Positions 13,435 to 24,965 of a DNA stretch of 64,000 nucleotides are shown here, in pieces; position 1 is the stretch's first letter; each line of letters starts with the position of its first letter. The stretch is from contig NC_091288.1 in NCBI RefSeq assembly GCF_032444005.1, positions 220,534,001 to 220,598,000 of the forward strand, written 5' to 3'. A model generated the notes under the pieces. The model was not told the DNA's origin, ran no database searches, and saw nothing but the letters and a program-made list of their open reading frames with translations. A program made the position numbers and the translations under genes. Origin of the DNA: Ranitomeya imitator (Eukaryota).

Positions 13435-14681
13435 TTAATGAGGGAGTGAAAAGGGGGAAGCAAGTCAGAAGCCTCAAGATCGAATCCCTTACAAAGGGGT
13501 TTAGTCCTCTTTATACATCTAAACAACAAAAAAGAACAGTTTAATCTCGGTTATCATCTTTCCTTTAATTCAGATTAGGGAGGAGGATAGAGGTTTAGGT
13601 GGGTCAGGAAACATCATGGAGATGGGGGGCTTTTTTCAGTGGAGCTTACTGCAAAGTTCTTCAAAGCTCATACTGAAAAAGCATGGGCAACTAACTGGTG
13701 CCCCTGTCTACATCAGCAGGGGCTTTACTACAAGAAAATCACTTCTCAAACTTTCACTAGCGGTCGGGTGCAGCACATCTATAACAGGTGAGGGTAAAGA
13801 CCAGCAGATGTATCTACTACATGCCACCCTCCTCTATGACCAGGATCTTCTCACCTCTGTATCCATTTCCATATTGTCCGTTCTGTGTGTAGGATGATTC
13901 CTCCGGGGAGGAAGTATCTGTCCTAGGACAAATTTCAGAGAATCCTTTGGGCTTTGTAGACACTGGATAAGGCAGCTGAAAAATCAACGGGGGCCTCAAA
14001 ACTTTACAGGAGGACAATGGAATCCTTACTAGAGGCAGGAAGGCGTTTAGTGCAGTATGTCACGTCATATGAGTGTGGTGAATTGGGTTGGGGAAGGCTG
14101 CTATATGGGGATTGAGTTCTGTTATTAAGTAAAAAAGAAAAAAAGTGCCATTTTTAAGATAGGAAAACTATACGATCATTTAGATTTTAATCTGTTGATG
14201 GATATGGTAGAATGGGCCAAAATCACACCTAAGTAATGCCTGCGACTAGTTTCTCCATACAGAACGTGTCTTGAAGCTTCATGAACAACAAAGGCTTTTG
14301 TATCAAGTATTAATTACCTTTCACTAACTTGTTCAATACTTTTTTCCCTGTGTCATTTTCATTATTACATATAATTTATGGACATCTGTGGTGATTTCTT
14401 TCTGGTGTGCATCGGACGGGATGTTACCGACATCTGGGGAGAATTTCACGTCAATAGCGGCTTTGCCAATAGATTTACTTAGAAACGTGATATTCAATAG
14501 TTATTTCACCCACTGTAAATGCGGATGGCACGCAGATGTAAAAAATGAACACACAGATGACAATATGGATGAAAATCGTCAGATTTGACAGGATTGGATG
14601 ATTTTTATATGCTTGTCTGAATATGGCCTAAGAGAAAGATAAATGAATAATCATTTCACAGCGATGTTTTGCTACCTATAG

Positions 14682-14730
14682 TTATCAATATGAAGTTCAA
14701 ACATCAGACCAAAGTGAAGCAAGAGAGGAG
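14682..14730 (+). CDS. Candidate upstream coding exon of the VLIG gene (phase 2 to 0)
   Basis: Acceptor TTTTGCTACCTATAG, donor GAG|GTTGGA, open frame YQYEVQTSDQSEAREE. Phase matches the next candidate exon. Confidence 0.33.
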
Positions 14731-15018
14731 GTTGGATAAAATTTATCCGAGAATCCAGACTATATATATTAGCAGTGCACAGTGTAATGCTCTAGAAAGG
14801 CAAATCATTGGGAAACGAGCATATTGGGCTCTCTGAACAGGACACCAAACGCCCTCAGAATGAGCAAAATGATAATACTTTGGGGGTAATAGATTTTATG
14901 TTGACTCATTAATTAACGATTTTATCCCCTGCAGATCGTCCCAGTAACAAGATATTCTATGTGCACAGAACGATCGCATCTCATGACTAGATATTTTTAT
15001 ATATTCTGCATTTCTCAG

Positions 15019-15101
15019 ATAAAATCTCCAAAACCTTCTGCCTCGCTTCCCATTAATGATGGTTCTGCGCACAGAGATTTGCGCTCTTCTGGCCTAAACA
15101 G
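15019..15101 (+). CDS. Candidate coding exon (phase 0 to 2)
   Basis: Acceptor TTCTGCATTTCTCAG, donor CAG|GTTATT, open frame IKSPKPSASLPINDGSAHRDLRSSGLN. Confidence 0.38.
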
Positions 15102-15307
15102 GTTATTAACCATCGATCAGCACCATGTAGGTGATCAGCTGACACATGTAAATCCATTAGAAGGATGATTTGTTCTCTTCCCAGGGATTGCTCTGATATC
15201 GGCCACTGCTGACTTTTCACTGAGGGTTATACATTAACGTGGGGTATTTTTTATTGCCATTTCCTGTTTTCCTTATTGCTTTGTGCCTTTGATGACCTGA
15301 TTTGTAG

Positions 15308-15385
15308 TGAAGGTCCATATCTGTATTCAGAAGGTAACACTAAAGATGAAGTGAAGAACGTCAGCGCAGATCTAGAGAAGCGAAG
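15308..15385 (+). CDS. Candidate coding exon (phase 2 to 2)
   Basis: Pyrimidine tract ending TTTGTAG, strong donor AAG|GTAAGA, open frame EGPYLYSEGNTKDEVKNVSADLEKR. Confidence 0.45.
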
Positions 15386-15870
15386 GTAAGAGGCTAAATC
15401 GCTCATTACAACAAAGACATGAAATATCCCCAGGAGAGTCCAGAAATGCTTGATGGCTGCCGGTCTCTCTTCTGTCTTGAGAATGCGACCACGGTACATC
15501 ATTCGCTTCTTTTGGAGTCCCAAGGATATGGACAGGCTGTAATCTGTGTGTTTTATGATGGTGTCTGGCCTTCAGAGATGTTACAGTGAATGTTTAGCAA
15601 GGAGCCGCATCATCACTGTATAAACGCTGAGCCTACAGAAAGAATTGCCCACCAAGAACCTTACTATACTTAAAAGGTAACGTTTTATTCAAGGCAGAAT
15701 AGAATAAACATATAACACTTAAAATAACTTTAAATGTATTTTAGTTTGATAAAGTTTGATCTATTAACAGTCGGGCCACGACTCCGAAATAATTTTTCAT
15801 TATCCGTGTTTGTGTCTATTAGCCATTTTTCCTTCCTACTTCCTTTTTGTTTTTGCTTTTTTGCATATCA

Positions 15871-16305
15871 TCTATATATATAATTGTCTACGGGTTTTTC
15901 TGTCTGTCTGTCTGTCTGTCCTGGAAATCCCGCGTCTCTGATTGGTCGAGGCGCCAGGCCTCGACCAATCAGCGACGGGCACAGCATGGCGACGATGATG
16001 TCATAAAAGTTGCCTCGACCAATCAGCGGCGGGCACAGTCTGCCGCGAATTCACCTCGACCAATCAGCGATGGGCACAGTATCGACGTAGATGTCATAAT
16101 GGTTGCCATGGCGACGATGTCATAAAGGTTGCCTCGACCAATCAGCGACGGGCACAACATTGCGACGATGATGTCATAAAGGTTGCCTCGACCAATCAGC
16201 GACGGGCACAGTCTGCCGCGAATTCTGGAATCATCATTGTCCATATACTACGGGGACATGCATATTCTAGAATACCCGATGCGTTAGAATCGGGCCACAA
16301 TCTAG
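15871..16305 (+). mobile_element. Non-autonomous Helitron with internal minisatellite
   Basis: 5' TC after host A. 3' CTAG before host T. GC-rich hairpin CCCGAT-N8-ATCGGG (16275-16294) close to the 3' end. No TSD. (TGTC)n and CCTCGACCAATCAGC repeats inside. Confidence 0.85.
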
Positions 16306-16482
16306 TTTTTGTTATAAATAGAGATCTGGTCTCACTTATGTGTGAACTGATTTAGTAAAAAAAAAAAATCCCACCATTTCGTTACTTGGTACACATTATT
16401 AGCTGTAGTATCTCATGACATCCAGTGTAATCTTAGGTTGATGTGGTCATTAATTTTGGGTATTTCAAATATCTTAGTTTTT

Positions 16483-16610
16483 NNNNNNNNNNNNNNNNNN
16501 NNNNNNNNNNNNNNNNNNNNNNNNNNNNNNNNNNNNNNNNNNNNNNNNNNNNNNNNNNNNNNNNNNNNNNNNNNNNNNNNNNNNNNNNNNNNNNNNNNNN
16601 NNNNNNNNNN
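16483..16610. other. Assembly gap (N run)
   Basis: Run of N characters. Confidence 0.99.
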
Positions 16611-17532
16611 CATTTGATACACTGTCGATTTTGCAAGTTTTCCCACCTGCAAAGAATGGAGAGGTCCCCTGCTCACACCAGCACATATACAGGCCCATTT
16701 GAAGTTCACCAATGACCATCTGGATGATCCAGAGGAGGGATGGGAGAAGTTCCTGTGGTCAGATGAGACCAAAATAGAACTTTTTGGTATTAACTCCACA
16801 CGCCGTGTTTGGAGAAAGAAGAAGAATGAGTCCAAGTCCAAGAACACTGTCCCAACTGTGAAGCATGGTGGGAGAAACATCATACTTTGGGGCTGCTTTT
16901 CTGCAAAAGGAACAGGACGACTGCACCATCTGGAAGGGAGGATGGATGGGGTCATGTATCGCAAGATCTTGGCCAACATCCTCCTTCCCTCAGTAACAGC
17001 ATTGAAGATGGGTCGTGGCCGGGTCTTCCAGCATGACAATGACCCAAAACACACAGCCAGTGCAACTAAGGAGCAGCACAGTAAGAAGTATTTTACAGTC
17101 CTGGAGTGGCCAAGCCAGTCTCCAGGCCTGAAGCAAATAGAAAATGTTTGGAGGGTGCTGAATCTCCATGCTACCCAGCGACAGCCCCAAAACCTGAAAG
17201 AACTGGAGAAGATCTGTATGGAGGAGGGGGCCAAAATCCCTGCTGTAGTGTGTGCAAACCTGGTCAAGAACTACAGGAAACATCTGACTTCTGTAACGGC
17301 AAACAAAAGTTTCTGCGCCAAATATTAAGTTCTGTTTTCTATTGTATCAAATACTTATTTCATGCAATAAAATGCAAATTATGTAACAATGTGATTTTTT
17401 TAATTTTTTTTTTTAAGATTCTGTCTTTCACAGTTGAAGTGTACCTACGATAAAAATTACAGACCTCTCCATTCTTTGTAAGTGGGAAAACTTGGAAAAT
17501 TGGTAGAGTATCAAATACTTATTTTTCCCACT
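16611..17532 (+). mobile_element. Internally deleted Tc1 copy, same family as 5965-7337
   Basis: ORF 16699-17328 has the DDE-domain motifs WSDETK, HDNDPKH and [11 protein letters not shown]. Right TIR TCAAATACTTATTTTTCCCACT. The N-terminal HTH region is missing. Confidence 0.9.
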
Positions 17533-17911
17533 TCCTCCAAACACGACGAGTGGAGTTGATACCAGAAAGTTATATTTTGGTCTCATCTGACCACATGACC
17601 TTCTCCTGTGCCTCCTCTGGATCATCCAGATGGTCACTGATGATCTTCAAACAGGCCTGGACATGCTGGTGTGAGCAGGGGGACCATGTGTGCCCTGCAG
17701 GATTGTAATCCATGATAGCGCAGTGTGTTACTAACGGTAATGTTTGACACTGTGGTGCCAGCTCTCTTCAGGTCATTGGCCAGGTCCTCCTGTGTAGTTC
17801 TGGGCCGATTCCTGACCTTTCTCAGAATCATCCTTACCCCACGAGGCGAGATCTTGCATGGAGTCTTAGACCGAGGAAGATTGACAGTCATACTGTGTTT
17901 CTTCCATTTTC
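17533..17911 (-). mobile_element. Inverted fragment of the same Tc1 family (N-terminal transposase part)
   Basis: Minus [40 protein letters not shown] matches the 6265-6555 translation. Confidence 0.85.
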
Positions 17912-18329
17912 CATAACTTTAATTTTCCGTCAATATGGCCATGTGAGGACTTCATTCTTGCCTGCCAAGTTGTACTTTTGAAGAACTCCATTGGTTTTAA
18001 CATATCGTGTACGGTAAATAAAATGCAAAAAAGTGCAATTCCACAGTTGTTGTGTTTTTTTTTACCATGTTCACTAAATGCTAAAACTGACCAGCCATTA
18101 TTTTTTGAACAGTGTTTCACGTTAGACATTGCTCCTTTTAGATAAGATGGGCCCATTTTCAGAGTCCACGCACCTTCAGGAGGAAAGGTGAAAAATATTC
18201 CTTCCTGACCCTCCCTTACACAACCACTTATGTTTTTATTGGGAAGAGGGGAGTATGTCGCTGCTGTGGACACTTCTGTCTCCTCTGGACCCCTCTCTCA
18301 CCTTCAGATACTTGTATCCCTCTCCAGTA

Positions 18330-20365
18330 GGTAGTGAGGAGGCATTAAATAAATACAGAAAATTAAATAAATTCTGTAAAAAGCAAATCAAGGCAGCAAA
18401 GATTGAGACAGAGGGACTCATTGCCAGAGAGAGTAAAAATAATCCTAAAATATTCTTTAACTACATAAATAGTAAGAAACTAAAAAATGATAGTGTTGGC
18501 CCCCTTAAAAATAGTCTGGGTGAGATGGTGGATGAGGAAAAAGCCAATATGCTAAATGACTTTTTTTCATCAGTATTTACACAAGAAAATCCCATGGCAG
18601 ACAAAATGTCTAGTGATAAAAATTCCCAATTAAATGTCACCTGCTTAACCCAGCAGGAAGTGCGGCGGCGTCTAAAAATCACTAAAATTGACAAATCTCC
18701 GAGCCCGGATGGGATACACCCCCGAGTACTGCAGGAATTAAGTACAGTCATTGATAGACCATTATTTTTAATCTTTAAAGACTCCATAATAACAGGGTCT
18801 GTACCACAGGACTGGCGTATAGCAAATGTGGTGCCAATATTCAAAAAGGGAACAAAAACTGAACTGGGAAATTATAGGCCAGTAATCCTGGAGGGCATTC
18901 TAAGGGACGCAATACTGGAGTATCTGAAGAGGAATAACCTCATGACCCAGTATCAGCACGGGTTTACTAGGGACCGTTCATGTCAGAATAATTTGATCAG
19001 TTTCTATGAAGAGGTAAGTTCCGGATTGGACCAAGGGAACCCAGTGGATGTAGTCTATATGGACTTTTCAAAAGCTTTTGATACGGTGCCACACAAAAGG
19101 TTGATATATAAAATGAGAATAATGGGGATAGGGGAAAATATGTGCAAGTGGGTTGAGAGCTGGCTCAGGGATAGGAAACAAAGGGTGGTTATTAATGGAG
19201 CACACTCGGACTGGGTAGCGGTTAGCAGTGGGGTACCACAGGGGTCAGTATTGGGCCCTCTTCTTTTTAACATATTTATTAATGACCTTGTAGGGGGCAT
19301 TCAGAGGAGAATTTCAATATTTTCAGATGACACTAAACTCTGCAGGGTAATCAATACAGAGGAGGACAATTTTATATTACAGGATGATTTATGTAAACTA
19401 GAAGCTTGGGCTGATAAATGGCAAATGAGCTTTAATGGGGATAAATGTAAGGTCATGCACTTGGGTAGAAGTAATAAGATGTATAATTATGTGCTTAATT
19501 CTAAAACTCTGGGCAAAACCGTCAATGAAAAAGACCTGGGTGTATGGGTGGATGACAAACTCATATTCAGTGGCCAGTGTCAGGCAGCTGCTACAAAGGC
19601 AAATAAAATAATGGGATGCAGTAAAAGAGGCATAGATGCTCATGAGGAGAACATAATTTTACCTCTATACAAGTCACTAGTTCGACCACACTTAGAATAC
19701 TGTGCACAGTTCTGGTCTCCGGTGTATAAGAAAGACAGAGCTGAACTGGAGCGGGTGCAGAGAAGAGCGACCAAGGTTATTAGAGGACTGGGGGGTCTGC
19801 AATACCAAGATAGGTTATTACACTGGGGGCTATTTAGTTTGGACAAACGAAGACTAAGGGGTGATCTTATTTTAATGTATAAATATATGAGGGGACAGTA
19901 CAAAGACCTTTCTGATGATCTTTTTAATCATAGACCTGAAACAGGGACAAGGGGGCATCCTCTGCATTTGGAGGAAAAAAGGTTTAAGCATAATAAGAGA
20001 CGCGGATTCTTTACTGTAAGAGCAGTGAGACTATGGAACTCTCTGCCGTATGATGTTGTAATGAGTGATTCATTACTTAAATTTAAGAGGGGACTGGATA
20101 CCTTTCTGGAAAAGTATAATGTTACAGGGTATATACACTAGATTCCTTGATAGGGCGTTGATCCAGGGAACTAGTCTGATTGCCGTATGTGGAGTCGGGA
20201 AGGAATTTTTTTCCCCAGTGTGGAGGTTACTCTTTGCCACATGGTTTTTTTTTGCCTTCCTCTGGATCAACATGTTAGGGCATGTTAGGTTAGGCTATGG
20301 GTTGAACTAGATGGACTTATAGTCTTCCTTCAACCTTAATTACTATGTAACTATGTAACTATATA
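18330..20365 (+). mobile_element. 5'-truncated CR1-clade LINE (RT ORF 18255-20141)
   Basis: SPSPDGIHP, YMDFSKAFDTVPH, GVPQGSVLGPLLF, IFSDDTKL, EYCAQFWSP, RRLRGDL. 3' tail (TAACTATG)n at 20340-20362. The first ~25 aa of the listed ORF are flanking DNA. Confidence 0.95.
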
Positions 20366-20540
20366 AAGAGGATGTTGTAGTATACGCCATCCCTTATTGG
20401 ACACATGGTGTTGTAGTATACACCATCCTTTATTATAAAGAGGATGTTGTAGTATACGCCATCCCTTATTGGACACATGGTGTTGTAGTATACGCCATCC
20501 TTTATAATAAAGAGGATATTGTAGTATACCCCATCCTTTA
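20360..20540. repeat. Short minisatellite (about 35-bp alternating units)
   Basis: Repeated TGTTGTAGTATAC(G/A)CCATCC(C/T)TTA. Confidence 0.8.
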
Positions 20541-20687
20541 AATGTCAGTTTTGTATGCAACAATCAATACTAGGACACTTTTGTAGAAAGGACTGCAATC
20601 AATCAGATTGAGGTGGTACTGGACCACTCCACTCCATTCAGCTGCCTCTTCCTGGTAGGTGAGAACTTTAAGGTGTTACTTTATGTA

Positions 20688-21031
20688 AAAAAGGAAAAAA
20701 CAAAATCCAGCTCACCATACCGACATTCCCAAGAGCTCGGAGCACGGAACCGCTGTGTCAGGGCGTGGACGAACAGGAAAGAGAAGGAGATCCAGCTCAA
20801 CGAAATAGTGAAAAATCCATAATTTATTTCACTTAAAATATAGTGAAAGGACAAAACATCAGCATACAAAAAAAAAATTAAAACCTTAAGGGTGCTTAGT
20901 CACCGGAAACGCGTTGACCTTGGTTTTAATTTTTTTTTTGTATGCTGATGTTTTGTCCTTTCACTATATTTTAAGTGAAATAAATTATGGATTTTTCACT
21001 ATTTCGTTGAGCTGGATCTCCTTCTCTTTCC
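20688..21031. mobile_element. Penelope-like retro-insertion with a long inverted repeat, flanked by a direct repeat
   Basis: Essentially identical inverted arms 20772-20885 and 20922-21035. TGTTACTTTATGTA is repeated at 20674-20687 and 21032-21045. Spacer contains GAAACGCGT. Confidence 0.6.
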
Positions 21032-21542
21032 TGTTACTTTATGTAGACCGCAATAACCCTTTAAGGAAATAAAAGTAAAATTTAAAAAACAAATATTATA
21101 AGCTTGAGCTTAATGAATGACAGACTGGCATAATCTCAGTGACCTGTGTGGAGTTCTGCTCTTAGTACAATAGATCTAGTTTTTTTATGAGTGTCGGTCA
21201 GAAGATGATGTGGTGAAATGTAATCTGTAGATAAGCCGAAGTCTACTCTGACCTCACACCCCAATCTGTACAATCTGCTTCTAGGTTCTAGGGCTTCAAA
21301 ATGGACAGTCGGGAGAAAACGAACCAAAATCAATCTGCAGGTGCGAGGTAACTCATGTAATTAATGCTTTGTCACATTCTGTATATTTCATTCTATGCAG
21401 TCAAAGTAAAAGACACAACAGAAAGGAAAGAAAAAAATAATTCACATGGTCATAAAACTCAGATCAGAGCTTAACTTGATGCCTAAATCTTACAGTCCGA
21501 TAAAGGGGAAAAATGAGTGAGAACAATATTTCTCAGCTCATA

Positions 21543-23104
21543 CGGTTAGGTCCAGAAATATTTGACCACTGACAGAATCTCCGTGATTTCAGCTCTGCAG
21601 GTCGCTATATTGCTATTTTGGATGTAAAATAAAACACCTGAGATGTGACTCAAGTGGAGACTTTTAGGTTTACTTAAAAGTGATGAACAAAATTATCCTG
21701 TAAAACATTTAGGAATTGTAACAATTTTTCTACAAACCCTCATCATTTCAGGGGCTCAAAAGTAATTGGAAAAATGTAATTAATCATAAATAAAATGTTC
21801 ATTTTTAATACTTTGCAGAGAATCCTTCGCAACAATGACAGCCTGAAGTCTGGAGGCCATGGGTGTCACCATTGATCGGTTCCCTCCTTTGTGAGGCTTT
21901 GCCGCCTTTACTGCAGTTGACTTCAGATCTTTCTTGTTTGCGGCTCTTTCTACCTTAAGTTTTGACTTCAGCCTGTGAAATGCTCCTTGATGGGGTGAGA
22001 ACTGATGATGACGCGGTCATAGCAGAATATTCAACTTCTTTGCTTCTGCAATATGTTTTGGGTCATTGTCCATCTGTCCTGTGAAGCGCTATCCTATCAA
22101 CCTTGCTGCATTTGGTAGAAATGTAAGAAGTATTGTCCCAAACACACAGAATTCATCCGGCTGCTTCTATCTTCAGTCACATCATCAATAACCACCTATG
22201 ACTCGGTGCCATTGGCAGTCATGCATGCCCGCACCATCACGTGGCCTCCACCATGTGTTACTGAGGATGTGCAGTTCTTTAGGTCATGAACCATTCCAAG
22301 CCTTCTCCATACTTTCTTCTTCCCATCATTCTGGCACAGGTTGACCTTCGTTTTGCTTTCCCAAAACTGGGTGTCTTTTAGATGTTTTTTTGTCAAGTAT
22401 AATCTGGCCTCTGTATTTGCTCTCATGACGTCTTCTTGTTATGGTAGACATTGATAATGAGACACTGATTTCCTGGAGAGTGGTTTTCACATGGGAGGAT
22501 GTTGTGAAGGGGATTTTCTTCACCATTGTTTGGATTCTGCGATCATCCAACAATGTTGTCTTCTGTGGATGTCCAGGCCTTTTTGAGTTCCCGAGTTCAC
22601 CTGGGTTCTGTTTATTTATTCATTTTCAGAATGTAACAAACTGTTGATTTGGCTGCTTTTAACATTTCTGCTACTTCTCTGATGGATTTCTTCTTTTTTA
22701 TTCAGCCTAATGATGGTCTGTTTTTTTCCTTTGAAAGCTTCTTTGACTTCATGTTGTGGGCTCACAGCAACGGCTTCCAAATGCACATGCCACACCTGGA
22801 ATAAGCTCCAGACCTTTTACCTGCTTAATTGATGATGGAATAACAAGGCAAAAGCTCATGCAGCCCATTAAAGAACTTTTTACATAATTGTCCGATTTTT
22901 CTTTTGGTCCCTTGAAAAGCTACATATAAAAGAGCTGTAATTCCTAAACCCGTACTAAAATTAGGATGTGACTACCATCAAATTAAAGCTGAGAGTCGGC
23001 ACTTTAAGCCCAGATTGATTATAGAACTATATCTTGAATATTATTTGTAAACAGCTAAAATGTCAAAACTTGTGTCACTGACCAAATATTTCTGGACCTA
23101 ACTA
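21543..23104 (-). mobile_element. Degenerate Tc1-family transposon (second family)
   Basis: TIRs CGGTTAGGTCCAGAAATATTTG / CAAATATTTCTGGACCTAACTA with TA flanks. Minus-strand fragments LDDRRIQTMVKKIPFTTS and KKKVWRR..VTHGGGHVMV. Confidence 0.88.
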
Positions 23105-23513
23105 TATATGCCTGGCATTGACATGAGGCTTCAGAATGATTTCTTGCACCAGATTTCCAGAATGAAAGTGAGGTATATGTATTGTTCTAAAATAAGTGCA
23201 AAATGATTTCTTATTTAGACCTAACAATGCTTTCATTCATAAATGGTTAAAATAAAAGATTTGCTAAATAAAATCATAATGAGTAGATATCGGAGGCAGA
23301 CAATCATTCCAACTTGGTATAATTATTACATTTATGTATAAGGCCTTTTTTCTCTGATTATGATTACATTTGATTAATCTGCAATCAGTCGTGCAGTCTA
23401 AGTTACTATCCTAAATCCAATAATCACATTAGTCGTCATTAATCTTTTTGAGTCTTTTTTATCATTTGCCCTAAACTTTAGCAGACATGATTTTGCTTAA
23501 TTTACATTTACAG

Positions 23514-23590
23514 ACCATGGCAAGGAAAAGGAATATACCGAAGAGTTTCTGCCCCTCGGGCAAAAAAAGGAACCGAGGATCTTCCGAGAG
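23514..23590 (+). CDS. Candidate coding exon (phase 2 to 1)
   Basis: Acceptor TTTACATTTACAG, donor GAG|GTAATA, open frame PWQGKGIYRRVSAPRAKKGTEDLPR. Also contains ACCATGG in another frame. Confidence 0.45.
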
Positions 23591-24089
23591 GTAATAAATG
23601 TGTTATCTCTATGTTCACTAGACTCTATTCACATGTTGAATTTGTCAAAATTGGATGCAAAATGCAAACCAACTGTTATCATCTGTTTTCCATAGACTTA
23701 AATGTTTAAGAAATCAAAACTGATCTGGTTGCTTTATCCTTTTTTTGGACAGAAAAATAGTTGTATAGACTTTTTTTTTTCAATCCATCTAAAAACAGAA
23801 AGCAGCTGGAAGGGAGGCAAAAGGGAGACATTTTATGACACTTCCACTCCCAGTCAGTAGAATGGATCCTGTACTGGATCATTATATTTCCATTTTTATG
23901 AGCCCAAAATGAATCCATCACAGAGAGATGTAGGGAATATGTGAACAGAGCCTTACAGCAGAATAAACCTCACATATTGTGCCCTCCACTACGGATACTG
24001 GGAGCCTGTGCTAGCATTTCTTCTGTGATGTTGCTATCAGTGTGTCAAGAGTGGGAGAAGAGGGTTGCATTGACAATCCAACACAATGG

Positions 24090-24397
24090 GCAGCACACAT
24101 TTTATAAGTGGTCATAAACTTGTAAATAACTCATGAAAAAATAAAGTTACATTAAAACCAAGCACACCATTGTTTATCTTGTGGAATTCTCAATAAGTCT
24201 GATGTCACATGACCCTCTTCCCATTGAAAAAAATAAAGTTGGATTCAAAATGTCTAACTTCAAAATGGCCGCCATGGTCACCACCCATCTTGAAGAGTTT
24301 TCCCCCTCCCATATACTAATGTGCCACAAACAGGAAGTTGATATCACCAACCATTCCCATTTAATTTAGGTGTATCCATGAAAATGGCCCACCCTGT
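24090..24397. mobile_element. Tc1/mariner-like non-autonomous fragment
   Basis: Ends GGCCCCACCCTG followed by TA, a mariner-like terminus. Left end not resolved. Confidence 0.35.
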
Positions 24398-24965
24398 AGT
24401 ACCAGTTTTTGGAAGGACTCGACAAGAAGTGATGAATCTGTAACATCTGGACATTTCTAACATTGTAGGGATTGTGGGAAATGTCACAAAATCACTTTAC
24501 CTAAATTGTAAAAAAAAAACAAAAACAACAAACTAGTGAAGGAAGAGTGAAAAGACTAAATTAGAAAAATGTTCATTATTACCCCAGATTCTCCACCTCC
24601 GAGCATAGATTGAGGGAATAAATTACCAAATGGGAATTTTATTTGTCCTCTGTGTGATTTTACTGTTTTTTAGTATGAAATATTAATCCAACATGGCTAT
24701 AAATGAAACGAGGCTCTAAATACAATAATCTGATAGGTCATTTTTAGCTTTCAATAACTAAGAAAATATTTAAAATCAATAAAAGGGTTATAAATCCGGC
24801 CTAAGTACAAAATAAACATCTGAGTGACAAAGAAAGTTAAAATAAGCCAAAAGATTATTTAAGCAAATGAATGGCTAAAACTAGTTCAAAGCGTATAGGT
24901 CCACTAAATAATGATAATGGGCAACAAGAGAAAGCAGAGATACCACTGAAGTAAGTAAGTAAGTA

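Noticed and set aside
13440-14050. Possible retroelement remnant
   Set aside because: No recognisable motif in any frame.
18255-18330. Apparent N-terminus of the 628-aa CR1 ORF (MSLLWTLLSP...)
   Set aside because: Flanking DNA that happens to be in frame with a 5'-truncated LINE.
23517-23590. ACCATGG as the start codon of the VLIG gene
   Set aside because: That frame exits in phase 2, which is incompatible with the phase-1 exon at 28076. It remains possible if an unseen exon intervenes.
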